Of a stretch of DNA of 64,000 nucleotides, positions 21,101-29,688 are shown piece after piece. Source of the stretch: a virus; the IMG/VR virus record IMGVR_UViG_3300030012_002034, positions 1-64,000 of that record. One strand, written 5' to 3'. The position numbers and the translations under genes are program-made. Every line of letters begins with the position of its first letter. Within the stretch, counting starts at the first letter, position 1. The notes beneath the pieces were generated by a model. That model worked only from the letters and a program-made list of their open reading frames with translations, searched no databases and was not told the origin of the DNA.

Positions 21101-21761
21101 CATTTTCAAAAAGTTTTTGTAATGGTTCTTTTATTTGTTGACCATTCTTAGTAGTAATTATAAATCTACCATCTTTACTAAACTTTACTGTCTGCGCTTC
21201 TATACCTGCAGCCTTAGCAATCTTTCTTGCTTCTACACTTGCATTAACATATGATGTATAATTAGGAGATCTAAATGTCATTGCCTCTTCAGCTGATGCA
21301 TTTTTAAATTCATCTCTTAGATACTCCATTTCTCTTATACCTGTATTCCACCAAAGTTTTCTTTCTTCTTCACTACCAGAATTCTTTAAATTCTTAGCGG
21401 CATTATATTGATTATTCCAATTTTTAGTATAAGCCATATCCTTCATCAAAGACTTATCTTGATAGAAAGGAGTAAATACTTGTACTGCTTGATCAACATT
21501 TTGTTGTAAGCTAAGATCTAGCCCAGCAACTCTTTGCAGATTAAAACCAATATTTTTAACTAGCTCTTCTTTCTTTTTGATGTTATCATCTCTTGTTAAA
21601 TCAGCATAAAAATATTGACCATAGACTTTATTTAACTGCTTCCAGTTACTATCATACTGATTCTGTTTTGTTTTTAAAACAGTATCATAGAAATTTAAGT
21701 CCGGAGTAAACGGTTGATACTGCGGAATAAAGTCTGTCACACCTTGTAAATACGTTGCCAT
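18192..21761 (-). CDS. Virion cargo/ejection protein
   Basis: 1189 aa, helical N-terminus (YQPFTPDLNFYDTVLKTKQNQYD). Synteny with crAss-like cargo genes. Confidence 0.6.
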   Translation of the reverse strand: MATYLQGVTDFIPQYQPFTPDLNFYDTVLKTKQNQYDSNWKQLNKVYGQYFYADLTRDDNIKKKEELVKNIGFNLQRVAGLDLSLQQNVDQAVQVFTPFYQDKSLMKDMAYTKNWNNQYNAAKNLKNSGSEEERKLWWNTGIREMEYLRDEFKNASAEEAMTFRSPNYTSYVNASVEARKIAKAAGIEAQTVKFSKDGRFIITTKNGQQIKEPLQKLFENELGKDPRIQAVYKTQSYVNRKDYAFGNAAQFGGDKNAAEMKYLENNYKILQNQNKKYYLGLKDRDQKYNDKIAALEEKMKSKKGSPQELMMLEDLKMNRDINSQSLQRIEKEYEQFKNGSSTATTSSGFENPYGDVDALRRKVDGGVAQMLMRKDLDEAAQIQSMRGYSQTIKTNPYALQAEKFRNALALQSRKFSNQRAMYEQKRRDKLSDDRIKYNKEARKEAIANKKLENKALLDSGLYENDIVEKKFRVVNGVKVYEDDPRLVTMAQQATEEKRKTDPNAIVTPQDVYNDLPAATEQIEMVVNKDEFGMPALREKEEFKGASSETTSMDGTTDDSIDAVEIKQAAESVRAQQAKGINSIILPKEQKTMDFLEFIKTESPEDYKYLTDGRDFKQTFADLKKDKYVKSNSKAVLNLYERIDNYAKQNKDLKNNIGGYINNTDLASMISLKEKADISAHQDNIQTVKDWETSSRGTQDEFIKEMNAAGIPLNNLSMQAIGMGKKGEPMFNTSIAPLLLLEEKQQEVAQTIFPGAKVFDYGSRIIENFTGYKGLSGRDGISGFIGDALGVGKENPFNYVTQKWKEFSEKRSKGVPPIIMENLGVTSKGTGVHSDFSTAIDVGTGLGYGAEVTRQVQNDISQSVEPLSYSYLGLGNPDEFDGDMTEKQEAFNKIAPGVLNAYLAQQRTDNLSHTIKYSGVSHGSIGKEATILMLDPKWIDDNTGKTEDETKLFTPEVAAGLKTNGFSITGAKGTFDHALAVGSREDAIDIAIRNAGPEGKTFELPGDASYNIKYDKLTKSYTTELSMLVLTDQGYKVQTEPGTYNSGDWDQVYVQQEQYMKNLEETNNRVFNKLFPNKDKATWNNQQIETWEDMKETIITNRYSNQGPVKWADRVDVESGKRDPKDRLTDRESLLAGEELRSRGIGGFERNPSEQALYNLKTGPYSRMTPDVESLSMAEGLYAGELSKYL

Positions 21762-21781
21762 AGTTAATCTTTTCTTATGTT

Positions 21782-21810
21782 ATAAATATATTAAAATTTT
21801 ATAAGTTTAA
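21782..21810 (-). promoter_or_regulatory. Candidate late-promoter motif (variant)
   Basis: TTAAACT-N13-TATATTTAT upstream of the 1189-aa/1611-aa/RNAP operon. Confidence 0.4.
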
Positions 21811-21824
21811 TAAACATTATAAGT

Positions 21825-24575
21825 TTAATAGTACCATCCTCCTCTTTGCATTTGAGCAACAGGTGGCATCATTTGTCCACCTTGTTCTGCTACTGGTTGT
21901 GGTGGAGGCGGTATTAAATCTTCTTCTCTAATTCCATTTGCTTGCATATAAGGTCTTGCTACCATAGGTATACCTTGAGGAAAACCTTTTGATGATTCTT
22001 GAGCTAAAGCTAAAGCGCCTAGTTTCATGTTATAGTTTTCAATCATTAATTCAGCTGTTCTTCTAGTAATCTTATCTGAATTAGGATCTTCTAATAATGA
22101 TCTGTATTTATTAATATCATATTGTTTAGATAACTCAGCAGGAGTATAAGCAGGTTTTCTACGGCTACCTTTTTTCTTCTTACCTGATTTACCAAACATC
22201 TCTAACACATTAGGATCAGATATTTTCATACCTCCTGTTTTATAATCACTGTATATAAAACTATCATCTGGAAGATTTAATGGTACTCCGCCTTGAGCAT
22301 GTCTAGGGCCTACTATAGTATTATGTTCAGGAAACCCATCACCATTAATATCTCCAAATACTGTTTCTCCACCTTCTGCTTCTAAGTTAGCTTGATCTCT
22401 TGGAATAGCACCTATAGTTCTAGTAGTCTGACTAGAAGAAGGAATGCCTCCAACTTCATAAGCATCTGAATATCCAGGAGGTAATATTTGATTCATGTTA
22501 CTTGTACCAAAAGGCATCTTATGTGCTCCACCATGTTCATAGATTGCACCACCTTGTTGGACATTAAAAAATTGAGAATAAATATTAGGGTTAATACCCG
22601 CTCCTCTATCATTATAAGTATTTCTCATTTTACCTGCTAGTATTTGTCTAGCAGTCTTAGATGCTTCTTCAGATGTCATTCCAGGAAGCCTACCAATTTT
22701 ATTGTATACTTCTGCAAAGTCAGCTTCATAAGTTGGATCAGGTTTTTTAGGTGAAGGAGTAAACTCAAATTTACCACCTACACTTGGATCAAAACTATAA
22801 TCAGGATACATTTGATTCAGTGCATCTGCCTTATATCTATTAGTTAAAGCATTAGCATATTGATCTCTAAGAGCAGTTCTCATTGCTCTTTTAGTATTAT
22901 CAAACTGCTGATTAGCTATAGTAGTTGCATCATATAAACCTTGTTTAATCTTTTGATTAGCAAGAGCTTCTTTATTTCTTATATCAACATTTGCGGCAGC
23001 TTCTTGATTTTGGAAACCAACATTTTGTCTGTTATATTGATCAAGTAAATTTGCTGCATTACCTGCTGCCTTACTTTGAATACCAGATAGTCTAGCTGTT
23101 CCTTGTGGTCCCGCAAATGAAGCTGCTGCTTGAGATGCAATATTAGCTTGTTCTGCGTTAGCTGCTAAAGCTGCTGTAGGATCTACTCTTGCCATACTAA
23201 CTTCTTCAAAGTCAACAGGTGCTGCGTATGGTAAATATTTTTTAACTCCAGCTAAATCACTAGCTATACCAGTAGTCTTAATTGTATCTTGTAAATAAAA
23301 CGGTGCGGGAGCTTTAGGTTGTGCCATAGGTTGTTCTCCTTGACAAACACATTCTTCTTCACCAGTCTGAGGATTCTTTTGTTTAACTGCAGTTGAACCA
23401 TCAGCACAAGGTTGACATTCTTTTACTTCCTCTTTAGCTTCTGCACAAGGTAAACAGTTATTATCTTTATCTCTTTGAGGTGTTGTTCCATCAGGACATT
23501 TAGGACACTCTGAGTAAACAGGTTTAAGATCTAATGTTAAATTAGCTTGTCTTACACCAAACTTGTTTTCTACTTTACTTGTTATACCTTCTCCTGATTC
23601 TCTTTTACCTCTAAGATCTGCAAAAGGCAAACCTGTTAATTCTTCTACTCTTGTTTCAAGAGCTTTAAGTTTATTATAATATTCAGGAGAAGCTTTTTTA
23701 ACTTCTTCTACAGGAATCTGTCCTTTGTATCCTGGATTTTTTTTAGGATCTTTCCAACCTCTTTCTCTAAAACTTTTTGCTTCTGTTTCTCCTCTTCTTT
23801 TAAACTTATAATCAAGCATAAAATTTTGGAGTTCTTCATACTCTTTTTTAAGTTTTAATAGTTCATCATACTCAGATCTTCTCATTTTTTTAGTGACAGG
23901 TTTAGCACCATAATCACCAAAGTATGTTGACTCATCTCCTGTATCTGCAGCAGCTGGATTAACATATCCTGTATATCCTGCAGTTACTTCTACATATTCA
24001 TCAGGATTGTATGTCCCTGTAGATTTAACTTCTCCCTTATCTTGATATTTAGGAACAGTTCCTCCTTTTTGAATAAGTGTGAGATCTTTTGCACCCATCT
24101 TCTGTTCCTCAAATAAACCAGAATTAGGATTGAACCCTCCTCTAAAATCTTGAGTTTGACTAGCATAAAGTTCTTCTGGAGCAGTCATGTTTTCCATAAG
24201 CTCTCTTTCTTGCTTTGCAGCATTCATTCTATCAAAGAAACCTGCTACTCCTCTACCTACTGTATTTGCTTGATTTAAGAAAGATTCTGCATCAAAATTA
24301 AACATGTCCTTTCTCTTAAAGTCTTGAGTAAAAGTTCCTTCTTCTCTTTCATCAGCAAGAGTTGGGATTATCTTAGGAGGCAAAGTTTTCATTTTTGGTA
24401 ATTGTTTATCTATTGGAGAATTAACTCCACCAGCTACTCCACCGCCATCAAATATAAATTTTTGTAATCCTGCATAGTTTACCTTATTAGGTAATGAATA
24501 GTCAGTAGAAGGATATTTTTTTATCCTTACTTTACGTTTGTTACTTGGTAATCTTTTTATTCTAACTCTAGGCAT
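21825..24575 (-). CDS. Cargo protein (crAss cargo protein 1-like) with xxGG motifs
   Basis: 916 aa. ANLEAEGGETV...GPRHAQGGVP...IYSD resembles a motif I recall from crAss-like cargo proteins. It has an Ala/Gln/Asn-rich helical region, a small Cys cluster and several [F/Y/M]xxGG motifs. Confidence 0.6.
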   Translation of the reverse strand: MPRVRIKRLPSNKRKVRIKKYPSTDYSLPNKVNYAGLQKFIFDGGGVAGGVNSPIDKQLPKMKTLPPKIIPTLADEREEGTFTQDFKRKDMFNFDAESFLNQANTVGRGVAGFFDRMNAAKQERELMENMTAPEELYASQTQDFRGGFNPNSGLFEEQKMGAKDLTLIQKGGTVPKYQDKGEVKSTGTYNPDEYVEVTAGYTGYVNPAAADTGDESTYFGDYGAKPVTKKMRRSEYDELLKLKKEYEELQNFMLDYKFKRRGETEAKSFRERGWKDPKKNPGYKGQIPVEEVKKASPEYYNKLKALETRVEELTGLPFADLRGKRESGEGITSKVENKFGVRQANLTLDLKPVYSECPKCPDGTTPQRDKDNNCLPCAEAKEEVKECQPCADGSTAVKQKNPQTGEEECVCQGEQPMAQPKAPAPFYLQDTIKTTGIASDLAGVKKYLPYAAPVDFEEVSMARVDPTAALAANAEQANIASQAAASFAGPQGTARLSGIQSKAAGNAANLLDQYNRQNVGFQNQEAAANVDIRNKEALANQKIKQGLYDATTIANQQFDNTKRAMRTALRDQYANALTNRYKADALNQMYPDYSFDPSVGGKFEFTPSPKKPDPTYEADFAEVYNKIGRLPGMTSEEASKTARQILAGKMRNTYNDRGAGINPNIYSQFFNVQQGGAIYEHGGAHKMPFGTSNMNQILPPGYSDAYEVGGIPSSSQTTRTIGAIPRDQANLEAEGGETVFGDINGDGFPEHNTIVGPRHAQGGVPLNLPDDSFIYSDYKTGGMKISDPNVLEMFGKSGKKKKGSRRKPAYTPAELSKQYDINKYRSLLEDPNSDKITRRTAELMIENYNMKLGALALAQESSKGFPQGIPMVARPYMQANGIREEDLIPPPPQPVAEQGGQMMPPVAQMQRGGWYY

Positions 24576-24585
24576 AATTATAATT

Positions 24586-27500
24586 TTATATATATTCTAC
24601 TACTCCTCCACCCATTACAAACATTCTTATTTCTTCTTCGGTCATTTCAACTTCATCATCAATCATTGGACCTCCATAAGCCATTGATCCAGGAGTACCC
24701 ATAGCTTGAATAAAAGGATTTCCTTCTCCCTCATATATTCCTGTATTATCATCCGTACCCATTGGTCCAACTATTTGATTTTGAAGCATGTTTGCATTAA
24801 AAGGTCTTTCAGGATTTCTATTTTGTAATGTAGGCATACCTGTTCCTGTTGGATTAAATGTTGTAGCATCGCTACCATCCATTAAAACTCTTTGACCACG
24901 ACCTTGTCCCTTTACATTTACAGGAGTTGTAATTCTACCAGGAGAAAAAGCATTATATGATTTACCTGTAGCTGCTGATCCAAAATTTCCTGTTTTACCA
25001 AACTTCATTTTTTGATCAATATCTGCCATAGCAGCATTTCTTTCATCCTCTTGTTCTTTTGCAAATCTAGCTTCATCCTCTTGAAAGTTCATTTCTTCTT
25101 CCTCTCTAAACATTTGTTCCATCTCTGCATCTGTTATAACATCATCTTGAACATTATCAATTGCATTTTGATAATCCAGTTCTTCTTGTCTAGCTATTTC
25201 AGCTTCTTCTGCTTTTTGTTCTCGATATGAAAGCATACCATCTCCTACACCTTTTTTCATAGCTCTTCTTCTATTTCTTTCATATTTATTTTCTGCTCTT
25301 CTCTCTTTTCTGTTAAGTAAGTTATCAGTTTTTCTTTCAGCTCTAGAACGTGTATCTTGTTCTTCTGATGATACTCTATTTCCATCATCATCTACACCAT
25401 ACAACTTAGGAGCACCTGTTCCATATGTAGCAGTCCATCTTTTTGGTCTACCAAATATTCCAGATTTAGTTACATCAATCTTCTGAAGATTAGCTCCCGG
25501 AGGAACCATTCCCATAAATGGAGAACCTGATCTTTTATTATAGATAGGTTGTGCATAAGAACCTGCATAACTAAATGCTGGGTTAGCTGACATAAAGTTT
25601 CCAAATAGGTTACGCCCTCTTCCCATACTAGGATATCTCATACCTCTCATAGAATTCTGATAATTCTGCATTAGTTGTTGTTGCAGCATTTTCATTTGTT
25701 CAGGAGATATTCTTGAATTTGGATTTGGATTAGCTAAATTTGTATTGTTAGAACTAATACGTTGTTGTTCTTTAGCTCTTTGGTCTTGAACTTCTTGAGT
25801 AGGACTCATCATACCTAATGCAGGATCTAATCTAGGATCACCAGCTTGTTGTTGAGTATAATCTACTACTGGTCTTTTAGCATTAGGACCCACATCTGCA
25901 CCACTTACAGTAAACTGAGTAGCGCCAGCTTTTTGATATTCATCTAGTTCACCACCATACTTTTGTTGCATAATTTTTTGTTGAACTGACAAAGGTAATG
26001 CTTTAAAACCAGGATTATCATATGAACCTCCTTCTTTAAATACACCTCTACCTTTTAAGATATCAGCTCTAGTAACTTTACCATCACCTGTTAAATCAGG
26101 AAAGCCTCCTTTTTTGTATATCTCATCAGGATTTAAATCATATGTATCTATCATATATTCAAGTCCTTCATCACCACCAACTCTTTGATAGTATTCCCCT
26201 TTAGTTTCACCTTTAAAAGGTTTTCCTAAACTTTGATTATCATATAAGACTTCTTCTCTTGTATCACCAGGATTTCTTTCATCACCTGTACGTATATTAT
26301 TCATCATCCAATTTTGAAGAGTTTGATCATAAGAGTCTACAGGTTTTCTTGCAGATAAAGGTGACATATACACAGTTGGAATATCATAACTTTCTGAAGA
26401 CCCATCAGAATAGTTAATTAACGTCTTAGCTCCAAATCTATCTCCAGCTTTAAAAGCTGCTTCTGGATTATTTGGATCAGCATAAACTACGTTTAAGTTA
26501 TTATAATCCTCTTCATTATATAACTTCGGTCCTTGTCCTAAATAATTTGTTTCTTTTGTAACTGTTATTCCTCCAGGTTGATAAACATCTTCATCACCGC
26601 CATATACAAATTTATATAAGTCAGGATTAGATGAATCTGTAAAACCTCCTTGTTGAAATCCTGTATTCCATCCGGGATAGTTACTAATATAGTCTAATTC
26701 TTTTTGAGTATAATTTTTAGCTTTAAGTTCTTTTAGATATTCTTCTTTTGTCATTCCTTCATCTATTCTTTTTTGTATACTTCTTTTCCCCTTTCTTCCA
26801 TATTCCGCTACATCTTTCCACCCATCATGCCAAGACTTTATAGCATCTTCTTTTCCAGTAGGATTTACTGGACTATTTCCAACAGATTGAGCACCAGGTA
26901 ATTTCCAATCATCACCACTCCAAGTTTTAGTCATGTCTTCTTCAGAGAATGCTTCCATATATTCATCACCACCTCTACCAGTTCTTGCAAAGTAAGCTTG
27001 TAGAGTTTCTCCTATTACAGGATCATGGCCTGCATAATCAGAAGCCATTCTTCCTTGTTTTTCTATATCAGGAATACCATTTCTCATTTGAATTTCTTTT
27101 TCAGCTTTAGTAGTTGTATTTGCTTTATTGCTTTGAGTTATAAAAGGAACAGTATATTGATAAGGCATTCCCATACTAGATAACATCCCCTGCATCATCA
27201 TCATAGGATTTCCCATCATTCCCATAAGACCGCTGTATGCAGGATCTATTGTCATGCTATATTCTTTTGGATTACCGAAGATACCACTTTTTGTTACATT
27301 AATTTCTGAAACACCCGGCATCATCATACCACGTCTCATCATTTTTCTTATAGGTCTTGTAGCTCTTCTTAACATTCTACGTTGTTTACCTCCACCAAAT
27401 TGTGCACTAGGTACTTCTTCTTGCATGTTTGTCATATCAATTATTTCTTCTCCTATAGGAGGATTATACATTTGTTGTTGTTGTGCCATCATAGCATCAT

Positions 27501-29625
27501 ATTCAGCTTCTAGTCTTTTCTTTTCTTGATCTTTTGCTACATTAGTTTGAGCATAGTTTACAAGAACATTCTTTTGAGCTTCTCTAGTTCCTGTTTCATT
27601 ATTTACATTCCAAGGAGTTGCATTATTTATTTCTTGTCCACCAGCTTCAAAGTTTTTCATTCCTTGTTTAACATATTGTTTTTTAGAAATGACTCCTCCT
27701 CTTCGTGCCATAGTTTCCATAGGTAATGGAGAAGAAGATGGTGTTTGAGAATATCTCTCTAACCATTCTTTATTATATATATTTTCTCTTAATTGTTTTT
27801 CTCCTTCAGGTGAACTGTGTTCTTTCATAATATCCTTTATTCTATAATCAGGCATATCAGGATATAATTCTTTTAATTTTCCTTCTATATCAGTTCCTTC
27901 ATATGAAGCTGGTTTATCCTTCATTAATTCTTCTTCGGCTGGAGTAAGCTTTCTTTTTAAAAATTCTAGCTTAGGTCTTTCAGGAGCAATAATTGGAGAA
28001 AGATATTTATCAGCAGCATAGAAGCCTGCAGGTATCATACCATATTTACCTATACGCCATAATTTTCCACGGGTAGAGAGATCTTTAAAAGGTACACGCT
28101 TACTAGTTTTACCTGTAGAAGTACTTGTAGTTTTACCTGTAGTTGTTCCTACCGTTTCACCTGTCATTTGTTCAAGATAACTAAGATCTTCTATACCATC
28201 CTTTGCAACTTTACTTCCTTTTGGAACTCTACCACGTCTAAAAAAGTTTTTTATACCTTTAGGCATAAAAGGAAATATCATAGCTGTATTTAAAGCTGCC
28301 TTTGTAAGATTAAATTCTGAATCAGTATCTTTAAGTTTATCAGCAACTTGATTACCTAAATCATATAATCCTTCTGCACCAAAAGCTAAAGTTGATGGTC
28401 CAGCAGCCGGACCAACAGCAAAAGGAGTCATAGCAGTTATAGCAGCTAGCGTTTTAGTTTGATCTACAAAATCTCCTGAAGTTCCTCCTAAATAGTCAGG
28501 TAAGTCTTCTTGTTGATAACTAAAATCTCCTGTTGTAAGACCTCTTCCTAAAGCACTAAATGGATTCTTCTTCCATCTATATAATGCTTCTAATCCATCA
28601 TAACTAGCGCCAGGTCCAAAACCACGTCTGTTATTTGGATCTACTTCTGCTAAACCTTCTCTTACATACATACGGGACCAATCAGCTAGACCAATTTTAT
28701 CTGTATCTACTTTTCCATCTGGTGTATGGTACTTATCCCATAACATTTGTTTCCTTTCTAATTTTTGTCTTGCATCTCTAGCTTCAGTTCTATATTGTTT
28801 TCTATTCTTAAAAAAATTTGCTAACTGGTCAAGAGTTAAATTTTTATATTCAGGAAGTCTTTTATATTTTTCTAAAAATTCTTCTTGAGTCATATTAGGA
28901 TTATCCTTTAGTAGGCTTTTAGCTAAATCCGTAAACTGAGCTTCTCTTGCAGCTTGTTTATCTTCTTTAGTAAATTTTTCACTTCCAAAACCAGGTTTAC
29001 GGACATCAATAGTTACTTCCGGAATATTTATAACATCCCCTCCTTCTTGAGAATCAGGAATATCTTCTTCAACAGTTTCTTCTACTACTTCTTCTTCTTG
29101 ATTATCATCCATTGACTCAATCATCTCATCAACTTGATCATCCTCATTAACTCCTTCAGACATTGAAGAGTCTTGATTCATCTCATCAATTAGTAATTGT
29201 TCTTTAGCAGCAGCTGCTTCTTGCTGTTCTTGCTCAAGTCTTTTTCTTTCTGCAAGAGCTTCTTCTCTTTCTATTTCTGCCTGAGCTAAAGCTTTTTCAG
29301 AATCAGCTGAACTTCTTCCTTCAGTTATTCTTTTAATACTTAATTCAATAATAGTCTTAACTAAATTAGGATCCATACCCTGTTTAGTTAATGTTTCAAA
29401 TAACATTTGAGGATCAGCCTGGTCAATATCAAGAGAATCATATACATAATTATACAACTGTTCTTGTTCAGCAGGAGACATTCCTTGTTGTTGCGCACCT
29501 TGCTGAGGAGCCGCTTGTTGAGGAGCGCCACCTGCTTGTGCAAGAAATAAAAAGTTTTTTAAATTACTTCTATACTCTCCTTTGCCGTTTGGATCTTTAT
29601 ATATTCTTACTTTTCTCTTTGCCAT
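24586..29625 (-). CDS. Low-complexity modular virion protein with many xxGG motifs
   Basis: 1679 aa, rich in Q/M/G/E. Short modules are separated by AQAGG, SQEGG, ARRGG, FEAGG, AQFGG, FQQGG, YQPGG, YKKGG, FKEGG, MAYGG and others. Confidence 0.6.
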   Translation of the reverse strand: MAKRKVRIYKDPNGKGEYRSNLKNFLFLAQAGGAPQQAAPQQGAQQQGMSPAEQEQLYNYVYDSLDIDQADPQMLFETLTKQGMDPNLVKTIIELSIKRITEGRSSADSEKALAQAEIEREEALAERKRLEQEQQEAAAAKEQLLIDEMNQDSSMSEGVNEDDQVDEMIESMDDNQEEEVVEETVEEDIPDSQEGGDVINIPEVTIDVRKPGFGSEKFTKEDKQAAREAQFTDLAKSLLKDNPNMTQEEFLEKYKRLPEYKNLTLDQLANFFKNRKQYRTEARDARQKLERKQMLWDKYHTPDGKVDTDKIGLADWSRMYVREGLAEVDPNNRRGFGPGASYDGLEALYRWKKNPFSALGRGLTTGDFSYQQEDLPDYLGGTSGDFVDQTKTLAAITAMTPFAVGPAAGPSTLAFGAEGLYDLGNQVADKLKDTDSEFNLTKAALNTAMIFPFMPKGIKNFFRRGRVPKGSKVAKDGIEDLSYLEQMTGETVGTTTGKTTSTSTGKTSKRVPFKDLSTRGKLWRIGKYGMIPAGFYAADKYLSPIIAPERPKLEFLKRKLTPAEEELMKDKPASYEGTDIEGKLKELYPDMPDYRIKDIMKEHSSPEGEKQLRENIYNKEWLERYSQTPSSSPLPMETMARRGGVISKKQYVKQGMKNFEAGGQEINNATPWNVNNETGTREAQKNVLVNYAQTNVAKDQEKKRLEAEYDAMMAQQQQMYNPPIGEEIIDMTNMQEEVPSAQFGGGKQRRMLRRATRPIRKMMRRGMMMPGVSEINVTKSGIFGNPKEYSMTIDPAYSGLMGMMGNPMMMMQGMLSSMGMPYQYTVPFITQSNKANTTTKAEKEIQMRNGIPDIEKQGRMASDYAGHDPVIGETLQAYFARTGRGGDEYMEAFSEEDMTKTWSGDDWKLPGAQSVGNSPVNPTGKEDAIKSWHDGWKDVAEYGRKGKRSIQKRIDEGMTKEEYLKELKAKNYTQKELDYISNYPGWNTGFQQGGFTDSSNPDLYKFVYGGDEDVYQPGGITVTKETNYLGQGPKLYNEEDYNNLNVVYADPNNPEAAFKAGDRFGAKTLINYSDGSSESYDIPTVYMSPLSARKPVDSYDQTLQNWMMNNIRTGDERNPGDTREEVLYDNQSLGKPFKGETKGEYYQRVGGDEGLEYMIDTYDLNPDEIYKKGGFPDLTGDGKVTRADILKGRGVFKEGGSYDNPGFKALPLSVQQKIMQQKYGGELDEYQKAGATQFTVSGADVGPNAKRPVVDYTQQQAGDPRLDPALGMMSPTQEVQDQRAKEQQRISSNNTNLANPNPNSRISPEQMKMLQQQLMQNYQNSMRGMRYPSMGRGRNLFGNFMSANPAFSYAGSYAQPIYNKRSGSPFMGMVPPGANLQKIDVTKSGIFGRPKRWTATYGTGAPKLYGVDDDGNRVSSEEQDTRSRAERKTDNLLNRKERRAENKYERNRRRAMKKGVGDGMLSYREQKAEEAEIARQEELDYQNAIDNVQDDVITDAEMEQMFREEEEMNFQEDEARFAKEQEDERNAAMADIDQKMKFGKTGNFGSAATGKSYNAFSPGRITTPVNVKGQGRGQRVLMDGSDATTFNPTGTGMPTLQNRNPERPFNANMLQNQIVGPMGTDDNTGIYEGEGNPFIQAMGTPGSMAYGGPMIDDEVEMTEEEIRMFVMGGGVVEYI

Positions 29626-29642
29626 AATTTGGTATATATAAT

Positions 29643-29667
29643 ATTAATATACTAATTTTTAGTTTAA
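29643..29667 (-). promoter_or_regulatory. Candidate late-promoter motif
   Basis: TTAAACT-N9-TATATTAAT upstream of the 1679-aa gene. Confidence 0.5.
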
Positions 29668-29688
29668 TGTTTAAACATATAATGTTTA

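Noticed and set aside
28095-28165. Short imperfect tandem repeats (TTTACCTGTAG; also the KAPEKAPEK coding repeat near 14268-14295)
   Set aside because: These are low-complexity coding linkers with no repeat-spacer structure, so not CRISPR or DGR.
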